DNA of 64,000 nucleotides from Candidatus Binatia bacterium. Its GTDB lineage: Bacteria; Desulfobacterota; Binatia; Bin18. Positions 18,910 through 27,107 of this stretch are shown in pieces. The DNA lies in the NCBI GenBank assembly GCA_963664395.2, contig OY761159.2, positions 2,720,001 through 2,784,000 on the forward strand, given 5' to 3'. A program made the position numbers and the translations under genes. The notes beneath the pieces were generated by a model. The model made no database searches. It worked only from the letters and a program-made list of their open reading frames with translations, and was not told the origin of the DNA. How positions within the stretch are numbered: position 1 is the stretch's first letter; each line of letters begins with the position of its first letter.

Positions 18910-20427
18910 ATGACTATCCCTTCGACTATCCCTTCGATCCCTTCGACTATCCCTTCGACTATCCCTTCGACTATCCCTTCTGTCGTTTTGGAACTGGCCC
19001 TCCAGACCCTGGAAGCCGAATCAGTTGCTCCTGATAGCCTGGTGTCCTTTCGTGCGACGCTGAATACAACCGAGCCGGTCGCTGAGGCGAATCGCTTACA
19101 CTGGTATGCGAATGAGCAGGTCTGCATAGAACGTTCTACTTACGGAACGCTCACCTTCTTTTTGCCTGCCGGAGGCGCGAGTGCATCTCCACGTCGTCTG
19201 GGGACCTTTGATCGCCATGGACGTTTACTCTCACTTTTTTTCTATTCCGCTGACGGTCTGGTGCAGAAGTTTAAGGTGCGCAATGTAGACGGCCACTTTC
19301 TCGGTGTCGTACGAGGCGCCGCCTCTCATCTGGGCTGGGGCAGGTCTGACGTTATTGGGGCGTTGGCAGGTGAGGGCGGCTTTGAGATGGCCCGGACACT
19401 CACCTTCTTCCGCTCAGTCTCGTATGAAGACTTGGATACCTTGCCGCCATTAGATGACCCGATGTGCCTCCCGCCCGGTGGCGGGGCAACCATCTTAAAC
19501 GTGCTTGCGCGGTTGGGGCAGGACCAGGAAAAACAAACGCTCCGCTATTGCGGGCCGTATCCCAGCGATCAGCTCTTTTTTACCCTTCGAGAGTCGTTCA
19601 CCTGTGGTGGCGAGGTCGGGGCCAATCGTGAACGTTTCACCCAAGAGGCAGAGGCGGCAGCCCTCCACATGACTATGGTTGAGGCCGCAGTAGACTGGCA
19701 GCCCGCGCCGCACGAACGGTTTTATCCAGCCGCGCACACGTGTGCGCAACTGCGGAACGGAGTCGAAAAAGTCTACGATCACGGCCATACCTATTACCGG
19801 CCCGACCTTGTGGCCGAAGCCCATCGGCTCCGCGTGCTCCAGACTGAGGAGGGTCAACACCGCTATATCGCCAGCTTGACCATATTGGGACAAGCGCTTG
19901 AGGATCACCTTATCCTGGATGAACAAGGAGAGATTCTCGAACGCCTCCCGAACCCCTCGCGGCGTTCTCTGCGTGGCGACCCAGTCCTCTCCCCGGACTG
20001 GAAGGCAGCGCTTGTTCGTCTGATTGCAGCAGAAAGCACATCGCTGCTGCACATCGCGCTGTGGCCGGTGATGGATGAGCTGACCATCATGTGGGGCACG
20101 GTGAATAAAGAACTGTGGGCGCTGAGTGGCAATGAACTCGTTTTGCACGCGGGCATGATCGCTGTCCATCGGGAGATGCAGAGCCGGGCAAACAGCGCGG
20201 GCGAAAAACTCTTGCTCGCCGCCCGGTTTCTGTCCGAATTAGCTCGGCTGATTGGTCCCTTGATTCGCAGCCGCGCCCAAGCCCAATTAGCCAGCCTCTC
20301 GCCGGCTGACCAGAATGTGGCGCTGCTGTTCGCTGCCCCGGACACGCCAGGGCTGTCGGATAACGAACTGCGGGCGTTTCTGATGGGTCTCGCGCAGGGA
20401 GAAGAACTGCCGCTGGTGGTAGAATAA
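18910..20427 (+). CDS. hypothetical protein (505 aa)
   Basis: Long ORF co-oriented with the helicase; no family recognised. Confidence 0.75.
   Translation: MTIPSTIPSIPSTIPSTIPSTIPSVVLELALQTLEAESVAPDSLVSFRATLNTTEPVAEANRLHWYANEQVCIERSTYGTLTFFLPAGGASASPRRLGTFDRHGRLLSLFFYSADGLVQKFKVRNVDGHFLGVVRGAASHLGWGRSDVIGALAGEGGFEMARTLTFFRSVSYEDLDTLPPLDDPMCLPPGGGATILNVLARLGQDQEKQTLRYCGPYPSDQLFFTLRESFTCGGEVGANRERFTQEAEAAALHMTMVEAAVDWQPAPHERFYPAAHTCAQLRNGVEKVYDHGHTYYRPDLVAEAHRLRVLQTEEGQHRYIASLTILGQALEDHLILDEQGEILERLPNPSRRSLRGDPVLSPDWKAALVRLIAAESTSLLHIALWPVMDELTIMWGTVNKELWALSGNELVLHAGMIAVHREMQSRANSAGEKLLLAARFLSELARLIGPLIRSRAQAQLASLSPADQNVALLFAAPDTPGLSDNELRAFLMGLAQGEELPLVVE
18912..18980 (+). repeat. 5 x 12-bp GACTATCCCTTC plus one 9-bp variant (TIPS repeats)
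   Basis: Directly visible at the start of the CDS. Confidence 0.95.
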
Positions 20428-20543
20428 AGGGCAGCATTTACGCCAAATGCGAGAGAAGGAGCGGCAAGAAGAGCACCCTGGAATGGTTTCAGTTAGCCAT
20501 TGGCAGCGGCTTATTTATCTCACTCGCTGTCCTGACCTGGGGG

Positions 20544-21461
20544 TCACTCGGCACTCGCGGCGGGATAGCGGCCTATAGTCTTTGCCGCTCTGACCGTCTG
20601 GCAGTGGGCGGTCACAATTCTATTGATATCCCGCGCGTAGCCGCCGCCTAAGGTCACAACAAGCGGTATGCCTGCCCGCCGGGCGAATGCGCACACGAAC
20701 CGATCCCGTTCCCCAACCCCGGCCATCGACAGCGCCAGTTTTCCGAACCGGTCGCCCCGGAGCACATCCACTCCAGCCTGGTACAGGATCAGGTCTGGTC
20801 TGGCTTGTTGGAGTAGTACAGGCAGGCTTTCTTCCAACAAACCTAAATACTGCTCGTCCGTCGTTCCATCCGGCAGCGCGATATCCCACGAACTCTGTTC
20901 TTTGTGGGCTGGGTAGTTATTTTCTCCGTGCATGGAAAAGGTGAAGGTATCAGGGTCGGTCTGACACAACGCAGCCGTGCCATTCCCTTGATGCACATCG
21001 AGATCAATAATCAGGGCACGGCTGATACATCCATCCGCGCGTAGCCGCCGCAGGACAATGACCAGGTCGTTAAAAACACAGTAGCCCTCGCCGTGGTCGG
21101 CAAACGCGTGATGGGTGCCTCCGGCGAGATTAGCCGCAATCCCATCTCTGAGTGCTGCCCGGGCTGCTCCAAGCGTTCCGCCAATTACGGCAAACGCGCG
21201 GTGGACGAGTTCCTGGGACCACGGCAAGCCGAGGCGGAGCATGGCCTTGCGCTCCAACGTCCCGTTGATAAAGGCGTGGACATACGCCGGCGTATGCACG
21301 CGAAGAATATCTCCGGGGGCTATCGGCTGCGGCTCAACGATTACATCCGGAGTGAGGATGCCCTCGGCCAGTAGCCGTTCCGGGACCAGGCGATATTTAT
21401 CCATGGGATAGGAGTGATTGCCCATGGGCGCAGTGTAGCGAGCGGAAGTAAAGGCGTGCAT
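20544..21461 (-). CDS. histone deacetylase family protein
   Basis: AGGTHHA, GYCVFND, DLDVHQGNGT, YQAGVD, LGGGY. Confidence 0.95.
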   Translation of the reverse strand: MHAFTSARYTAPMGNHSYPMDKYRLVPERLLAEGILTPDVIVEPQPIAPGDILRVHTPAYVHAFINGTLERKAMLRLGLPWSQELVHRAFAVIGGTLGAARAALRDGIAANLAGGTHHAFADHGEGYCVFNDLVIVLRRLRADGCISRALIIDLDVHQGNGTAALCQTDPDTFTFSMHGENNYPAHKEQSSWDIALPDGTTDEQYLGLLEESLPVLLQQARPDLILYQAGVDVLRGDRFGKLALSMAGVGERDRFVCAFARRAGIPLVVTLGGGYARDINRIVTAHCQTVRAAKTIGRYPAASAE

Positions 21462-21489
21462 AACGAGTCACAAGTCGACTTTCCGCGGC

Positions 21490-22038
21490 TTATCGTCTCT
21501 TCATTGCATCAATCAGCGCTTGGACATGTGTCACCTGTACGACACGCCACAGACCTTCGGGGGTATAACGGAGTCCGATTTCAATCTCTTCGCCGTTTCT
21601 GAGTGGGACTGGAAAGTAACGCACCTGCTCACGCGTTTCTCCGCCGACCAGCGCTCCAACGACTGCAATCGTCGGGATCTGCGGCAGTTCCTGATCCGGG
21701 TTTTGAAACGCTTGTCGTACGGCAAACGTTACTCCTGCCTGGGCGATATCCTGGGCATTCCGAGCCAGACTCCTGAGCCCCTTTTGCAGGAGATTGGCCA
21801 GTGAGCCCTGCGACGGTGAATCCTGCTGTTGCGGGACATCCGGTGAGCCGTGCCCCAACTCCTCAAGGGCATGGCCGACAACACTGCCAATATCGACATA
21901 CTGCGTAAAGGTCTCATAGTTGCGCGTCTTGAGAGATTGTTGGATTTGATAGACGGAATAGGAGGCTGTCTGCATCCAGGCGTAGACTCCACCCAGCCCG
22001 AGAAGAACAGAAATCACGATCACTCGCAAGCTTTTCAT
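21490..22038 (-). CDS. DUF2939-like membrane-anchored protein
   Basis: N-terminal TM, then 'YSVYQIQQSLKTRNYETFTQYVD'; C-terminal 'WRVVQV'. Confidence 0.6.
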   Translation of the reverse strand: MKSLRVIVISVLLGLGGVYAWMQTASYSVYQIQQSLKTRNYETFTQYVDIGSVVGHALEELGHGSPDVPQQQDSPSQGSLANLLQKGLRSLARNAQDIAQAGVTFAVRQAFQNPDQELPQIPTIAVVGALVGGETREQVRYFPVPLRNGEEIEIGLRYTPEGLWRVVQVTHVQALIDAMKRR

Positions 22039-22193
22039 GTACGCCATCATACGTGAGGAATATCCGGTACGGAATGTGGGGCGCGGATGAAGTCTGACGA
22101 GGGCAGGATGTGTGATCGCTTGACAGGCGTGAGGACGAGGGCCACAATCCGCACGCTGCATGATGGAGCGAAGTTAAGATGGAGCGAAGTAAT

Positions 22194-23081
22194 ATGCAAA
22201 CCATAGGCATTCTCTACCCCGGTGATATGGGCCATAATGTCGGGCGTGTGCTGAAAGAAGACGGCTTTTCAGTCGTGACGACGCTACTCGGTCGGAGCGA
22301 GCGGACGCGACAGCTCAGCACCCAAGCCGCGCTAACCGAGCTCGATTCCATGGCGGCAGTCGTTGAGCAGGCGGATATCGTCCTCTCAATTATTCCCCCA
22401 ACGGCAGCACGAACCGTCTCGCACGATTTTGCAAATGCCGTCCGGCAGGTGAACCGGACGCCGTTATTTATCGACGCGAATGCCGTGTCGCCGCTGACCG
22501 TTTGCCAGGTCGGTGAGACTATTCGCGCAGCGGGATGTAACTTTCTGGATGCCTGCATTATCGGTCCGGCCCGGGATGTGCGGGGCCGCTGCACGTTTTA
22601 TGTCAGCGGTCCGCGGGCCGAATTGTTTGAGTCGGCTCTTGGACACTCGCTCCGCACCCACCTTTTGGGCGACACGATAGGCCAAGCCTCTGCCTTTAAG
22701 ATGTTGTTCTCCGGCCTCAACAAAGGATTGGTTGCCGTGTTGAGTGAACTGACGGTGGCGGCACAGGAATATGGTTTCCTGGATGAGCTGCTCGCCTGTT
22801 ACATCGAGCTTTTTCCGGGCGTCATGCAGTCGCTGGAATGGCTCGTGCCGACCTATCCCTTTCATGCCGCCAGACGGGCTGAAGAAATGCGTGAACTGGC
22901 CGAGACGCTCGAACACGTGCAATCTTCCTCAGTCATGGCGCGAGGGACTCAGCAGACTTTGACTGAGATTGGCCAGCTCAACCTGGCTGAGCGGTTCCCG
23001 GAGCATGGAGAGCAGGACTGGACCATGCGTCAAGTCCTTGACGCTCTCGGCCAATGTGGCGCGCTGAAACGGAGTTCCTGA
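22194..23081 (+). CDS. NAD(P)-dependent oxidoreductase (6PGD/HIBADH-like, DUF1932)
   Basis: IGILYPGDMG, DANAVSP, ASAFKMLFSGLNKG, HAARRAEEM. Confidence 0.88.
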   Translation: MQTIGILYPGDMGHNVGRVLKEDGFSVVTTLLGRSERTRQLSTQAALTELDSMAAVVEQADIVLSIIPPTAARTVSHDFANAVRQVNRTPLFIDANAVSPLTVCQVGETIRAAGCNFLDACIIGPARDVRGRCTFYVSGPRAELFESALGHSLRTHLLGDTIGQASAFKMLFSGLNKGLVAVLSELTVAAQEYGFLDELLACYIELFPGVMQSLEWLVPTYPFHAARRAEEMRELAETLEHVQSSSVMARGTQQTLTEIGQLNLAERFPEHGEQDWTMRQVLDALGQCGALKRSS

Positions 23082-23151
23082 TACTGTCCGTATTCCACTA
23101 TAACTGTCCGGGCGCATAGAGTTCGGGCTTGTGTCTGTGGCTCGTTTCTGC

Positions 23152-23180
23152 TTGACACGCAGAGGGCATCAGGCTAGAAG
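23152..23180 (+). promoter_or_regulatory. candidate sigma70 promoter
   Basis: TTGACA-17 nt-TAGAAG upstream of the ferritin-like gene. Confidence 0.4.
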
Positions 23181-23238
23181 ACGCTTAAATGTTCCAATAA
23201 TGAACGCTTGAGTAAAGCTAAAAAATAAGGAGCCTCCC

Positions 23239-24234
23239 ATGTCATACACGCATACCGTGCAGGCAACCTCCGATGCAATTTTCACGCAACTGCTTGATGT
23301 CCAAGACCAGGACATGCGCAATCTGTACGAGAAGGCCAAACGTGACCAATGGAATGCCTCGACTGACATTGACTGGGACAACGGGGGCGACCCGGATTGT
23401 GGTATTTTACCCGACGGCTTGATTGACATTTACGGTACAAAATACTGGGACAAGCTGGACGACAAGCATCGACTCGACCTCAATCGGCACTTCTCCGCCT
23501 GGCGGATCAGCCAGCTCATGTACGGTGAGCAATTTGCCTTAATGGTCTGTGGTCAGATTGCCAATGTGGTTCCGGGTATCGACTCGAAGTTTTTTATGGC
23601 CACTCAGGTCGCTGATGAGGCCCGCCACTCAGAGGTGCTGGCCCGCTATCTGTACGACAAAGTCGGTGTGACGTATCCGCTGACCGCGAACTTAAAGAAT
23701 CTGTTCGACCATATCCTGGCCATGCCGCAGTGGTATCTCAAGACCGTGGGCACCCAACTCGTGGCGGAAACATTGGCCGTGTCACTGTTTCGGATGCTGG
23801 CAGACCACAGCCCGGACCCGTTAATCAGCCAGATCTGTCGCCGCATCCTCTCTGACGAGTCTCGTCACATGGGTTTCGGGATGCTCAGTCTGCCCGACCA
23901 AATACAGGAGTTGTCGGAGAAAGAGCTCGAAGAAGTCGAAGACTTTGCCTGCGAAGCAACCGCCGGACTCCTGCAGGGACAATTCCCCAGAGAAGCGTAT
24001 GAAGCAGTTGGCTTTACCAAGGCCGAGGTCGAAGACATCCGAACCATGCGCCACAAAGTTGCCAAAAAGAACGAATATGTTGCGTTTCGGACCTTCTTTA
24101 AGAAAGATTTTCATGCCGCCTTGTGGAGCAATATGGGGAAAGTCGGCCTGCTGAGTGAGCGGGCGATTGAGAAGCTCGGAACGATGGGCATTGCCGCTCC
24201 ACAGGAACAGCAGCGAGAGCAAGCCGCAGCGTAA
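23239..24234 (+). CDS. ferritin-like diiron protein (AurF / N-oxygenase-like)
   Basis: YGEQ, DEARH, VAE, DESRH diiron ligand pattern; AAGGAG RBS. Confidence 0.85.
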   Translation: MSYTHTVQATSDAIFTQLLDVQDQDMRNLYEKAKRDQWNASTDIDWDNGGDPDCGILPDGLIDIYGTKYWDKLDDKHRLDLNRHFSAWRISQLMYGEQFALMVCGQIANVVPGIDSKFFMATQVADEARHSEVLARYLYDKVGVTYPLTANLKNLFDHILAMPQWYLKTVGTQLVAETLAVSLFRMLADHSPDPLISQICRRILSDESRHMGFGMLSLPDQIQELSEKELEEVEDFACEATAGLLQGQFPREAYEAVGFTKAEVEDIRTMRHKVAKKNEYVAFRTFFKKDFHAALWSNMGKVGLLSERAIEKLGTMGIAAPQEQQREQAAA

Positions 24235-24244
24235 GGGCGGACAT

Positions 24245-24273
24245 GTAGGGGCGAGTTTCAAACCCGCCCCTAC
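24245..24273. repeat. GTAG-type REP-like palindrome GTAGGGGCGAGTTTCAAACCCGCCCCTAC
   Basis: Imperfect palindrome just after a stop codon. Confidence 0.8.
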
Positions 24274-24302
24274 CAATCGCACAGGCAAAAGGAGGGGCTA
24301 TC

Positions 24303-25082
24303 ATGGGTGAATTTGTTGAGGTTGCACAGGCCAGAACACTGTCCGGGTTGCGACTCGTGCTGTCGCTCGGTGTGCCGGGTCCGTGGAGTGAGGCCGCCAA
24401 GGGCATTCTGTACGTCAAAAAAATTCCCTATGTGCGCGTCCGTCAGGAAATCGGCGGCGCCAACACGGAGCTGACCGAATGGACCGCGCAAGCGACCGCA
24501 CCGGTTACGGTCTGGAACGATGAACCGCCGCGCTCAACCTGGATAGAGCAGCTCCTTTTGGCCGAGCGCCTGCAACCGACGCCGGCCTTGATACCGGACA
24601 ATATCGAGGACCGGATGCTGATGTTCGGCTATTGCAACGAGCTGTGCGGCGAGCATGGCTACGGCTGGTCAAAACGCCTGATGCTGCTCAATCCGATCCT
24701 GACCAACGCCGACGCGGAAGAATCGGCGCGGGCCTTCGCCTCTCATCTGGGCAATAAATACGGGTATGAGCGAGCGGAAGCAGAGGCGGCGCCGGCTCGG
24801 GTAGCCGAAATTCTGAAAACCCTCAGCACCCGCTTGGAGCAACAGCACAAAAATGGCAGTAAGTTTTTTATTGGAGACCAGTTATCCGCCCTGGACATTT
24901 ACTGGTCAACATTTGCCGCCCTCATCCAACCGCTGCCGCACGAACTGTGCCCGATGCCCGCTGCCTTTCGGACTATGTACACCAATACCGACCCGGTCGT
25001 GCAAGCCGCGGTGAAGCCGATACTGCTCGAACACCGCGACTTCGTCTATCACGAATACCTTGAGCTGCCGATTGATTTGTAG
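24303..25082 (+). CDS. glutathione S-transferase-like protein
   Basis: PGPWSEAAKGIL..KKIPY N-domain; FFIGDQLSALDIYW C-domain. Confidence 0.8.
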   Translation: MGEFVEVAQARTLSGLRLVLSLGVPGPWSEAAKGILYVKKIPYVRVRQEIGGANTELTEWTAQATAPVTVWNDEPPRSTWIEQLLLAERLQPTPALIPDNIEDRMLMFGYCNELCGEHGYGWSKRLMLLNPILTNADAEESARAFASHLGNKYGYERAEAEAAPARVAEILKTLSTRLEQQHKNGSKFFIGDQLSALDIYWSTFAALIQPLPHELCPMPAAFRTMYTNTDPVVQAAVKPILLEHRDFVYHEYLELPIDL

Positions 25083-25122
25083 GCCGATTTCGCAAGAAGC
25101 TGGCAGCGAAAGGGGTGACCTT

Positions 25123-25392
25123 ATGGCCGTCAGCCAGACCAATGCCCACAAGAAGGTGGATAAGATATTGCAAAAGCTGAACACGCTGGAAAACAACGAC
25201 AAGGCGTTGGCCAAGCAGACCAACTATCTGGCGCAACTGGTGGTGCTGGCCAAGCAGGACTCTGCTCGCCAGCATCAGGAATCACAGGCCATGCTGCGAG
25301 AAATGGGGCAAATGCTCCCGGAAATGAAGCAGTCCTCTGACCGGACAGAAGAACGGGTGGCGACCATTTTAGCCGAGACGAGGCAGCACTGA
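25123..25392 (+). CDS. small coiled-coil hypothetical protein
   Basis: AAAGGGG RBS; heptad-like composition. Confidence 0.55.
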   Translation: MAVSQTNAHKKVDKILQKLNTLENNDKALAKQTNYLAQLVVLAKQDSARQHQESQAMLREMGQMLPEMKQSSDRTEERVATILAETRQH

Positions 25393-25481
25393 AGCCGTTA
25401 CTCCATCCCCCATTCTGGGGGTGACTCCGGGAGGGCTAGTGGGCATAATGCCCAAAAACAATTTTCCTGAGAGGAACTTCC

Positions 25482-26951
25482 ATGTTCTTTTTACTTCGTC
25501 TTTGCTTTTGGCTTGTCATCTTTCTCCCGTCTCTGGTTCATACTGAAGTGCTGGAGAATCCGGGTAACGATAATTCTTATTCTGGCATTGGGGCCATCTC
25601 GGGCTGGAAGTGTGAAGCCAACGGACCGCTCACCGTCCGCTTTTACGATGAGGACATGATGCCCATTAGTGACTTTATTCCTCTGGCCTATCTCAATGAG
25701 CGCTCCGACACCGCCGAGGTCTGCGGAGATACAAACAACGGCTTTGTCGCTATCTGGAACTGGGGAATACTCGGTGATGGGACCCATACCGCCGTGGCTT
25801 ACGATAGTGAGGAGGAGTTTGCGCAGAGTACATTTAAGGTGACAACCCTGGGAGAAGAATTTGTGGAGGGAGCGCGTGCCAACGTCAGTGTCCCAGATTT
25901 CCCCGTCCCAGGAGAAACCGCTCACTTTGTCTGGAACGAAGGGACGCAACACCTGGAAGTCGACTACCTCAGCGCGACTGCTCCATCACTTACGCAGAGT
26001 CCTAATGATCTCCTCGGAACGTGGCGATTTACCACAACGTACAGGGGTGAAGAACACACAGACAACAGGGGTAAAGAACACACGGATGACTGGATGTTCT
26101 CCAGTATAGGAACAACGCCTGATGTCGTTCCTATTGCTATAGGTCTCGCAGAATCACGATATCCTGCCCAAGGCGGATATATCCAAGATGTTGCCCCGGA
26201 CCTGAACTGTAAATATGACTATGTAGTCTACTGGGTATCTTCACTTTCCTGCAATATTCTGGCCTTTAATCTCGCATCATCAACGAGAGGAGACGGGATT
26301 CGTGCATTCGCACGACCCGATGTACTGCGATATTTTTACAATTCTCATTCTCGACAAATCGATAGAGGAGGAAAATGGCGAGCGCTGACAAACGCTCCAA
26401 ATGCCTCGGCCATCGATGCTTTAACCACCATAGAAGAAGTGAAGGAAAAGGTCTGGCATTTTACCCTCTCCTATCAGGATGCCGCAGGTGTAGGTCACGA
26501 TTCGTATTATGATGCAATCGCTGCAACAGATTACAGCATAATCCCCGAGACAGATTATAGAAAATGGATAATCGATATCGGAAAGGTGCGGCTGGAGTGG
26601 GATATTGTAGCAGCCAACAAGAGTATCATCACAAATGAAGATGGTACGACGCATACGCGTCTCGCTATCAATGTCAGGCCGGGGGCAAGAGTGCGAAATA
26701 ATATGGATGGCTTACCCTTCTCGCCGCTTGATCTGGACCAAAAAATACGCGAAGCCATGTCCGTGGTCCAGGTAATCGAACCTTATTCGTGCGGACCATA
26801 TGTGATATATAGTCCTGAGAACGATGCCATTAGTTCTGAGAACAACGTCATAACAACAGTGGTCCGTACCCGCTCCCCTCGGCTGGTCAGTAGGGCAGAA
26901 CCGCAGGACGGAGACGCCCTGCTCAGGGCAGTGGAAGAAGTGTGCGAATAA
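25482..26951 (+). CDS. secreted protein with N-terminal 'LENP...SGIG.ISGW.C' module
   Basis: Signal peptide; first ~140 mature residues are homologous to the two C-terminal modules of the peptidase at 27108-27996. Confidence 0.8.
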   Translation: MFFLLRLCFWLVIFLPSLVHTEVLENPGNDNSYSGIGAISGWKCEANGPLTVRFYDEDMMPISDFIPLAYLNERSDTAEVCGDTNNGFVAIWNWGILGDGTHTAVAYDSEEEFAQSTFKVTTLGEEFVEGARANVSVPDFPVPGETAHFVWNEGTQHLEVDYLSATAPSLTQSPNDLLGTWRFTTTYRGEEHTDNRGKEHTDDWMFSSIGTTPDVVPIAIGLAESRYPAQGGYIQDVAPDLNCKYDYVVYWVSSLSCNILAFNLASSTRGDGIRAFARPDVLRYFYNSHSRQIDRGGKWRALTNAPNASAIDALTTIEEVKEKVWHFTLSYQDAAGVGHDSYYDAIAATDYSIIPETDYRKWIIDIGKVRLEWDIVAANKSIITNEDGTTHTRLAINVRPGARVRNNMDGLPFSPLDLDQKIREAMSVVQVIEPYSCGPYVIYSPENDAISSENNVITTVVRTRSPRLVSRAEPQDGDALLRAVEEVCE

Positions 26952-26984
26952 TAGGACGGTGAATTCATACCTGAACAGGCAGGT

Positions 26985-27012
26985 GTAGGGGCGGTTCGCG
27001 AACCGCCCCTAC
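26985..27012. repeat. perfect 28-bp GTAG REP-like palindrome GTAGGGGCGGTTCGCGAACCGCCCCTAC
   Basis: Perfect inverted repeat between convergent genes. Confidence 0.85.
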
Positions 27013-27107
27013 TTCTCCCAAAAAGGGCAAATATATGGCGGCCAACCAGACCGGACGGAGGAACGGGTCGCGGCAATTGTAGCCGAGGCTCGTAAGCCTT
27101 AACCCCT

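Noticed and set aside
18912-18980. Possible CRISPR array (also 16541-16570)
   Set aside because: Units are 10-12 bp, directly adjacent with no spacers, and there are no cas genes
23239-24234. Ferritin-like gene as a second monooxygenase or ribonucleotide reductase subunit
   Set aside because: No partner subunits nearby; the pattern fits a stand-alone AurF-like protein better
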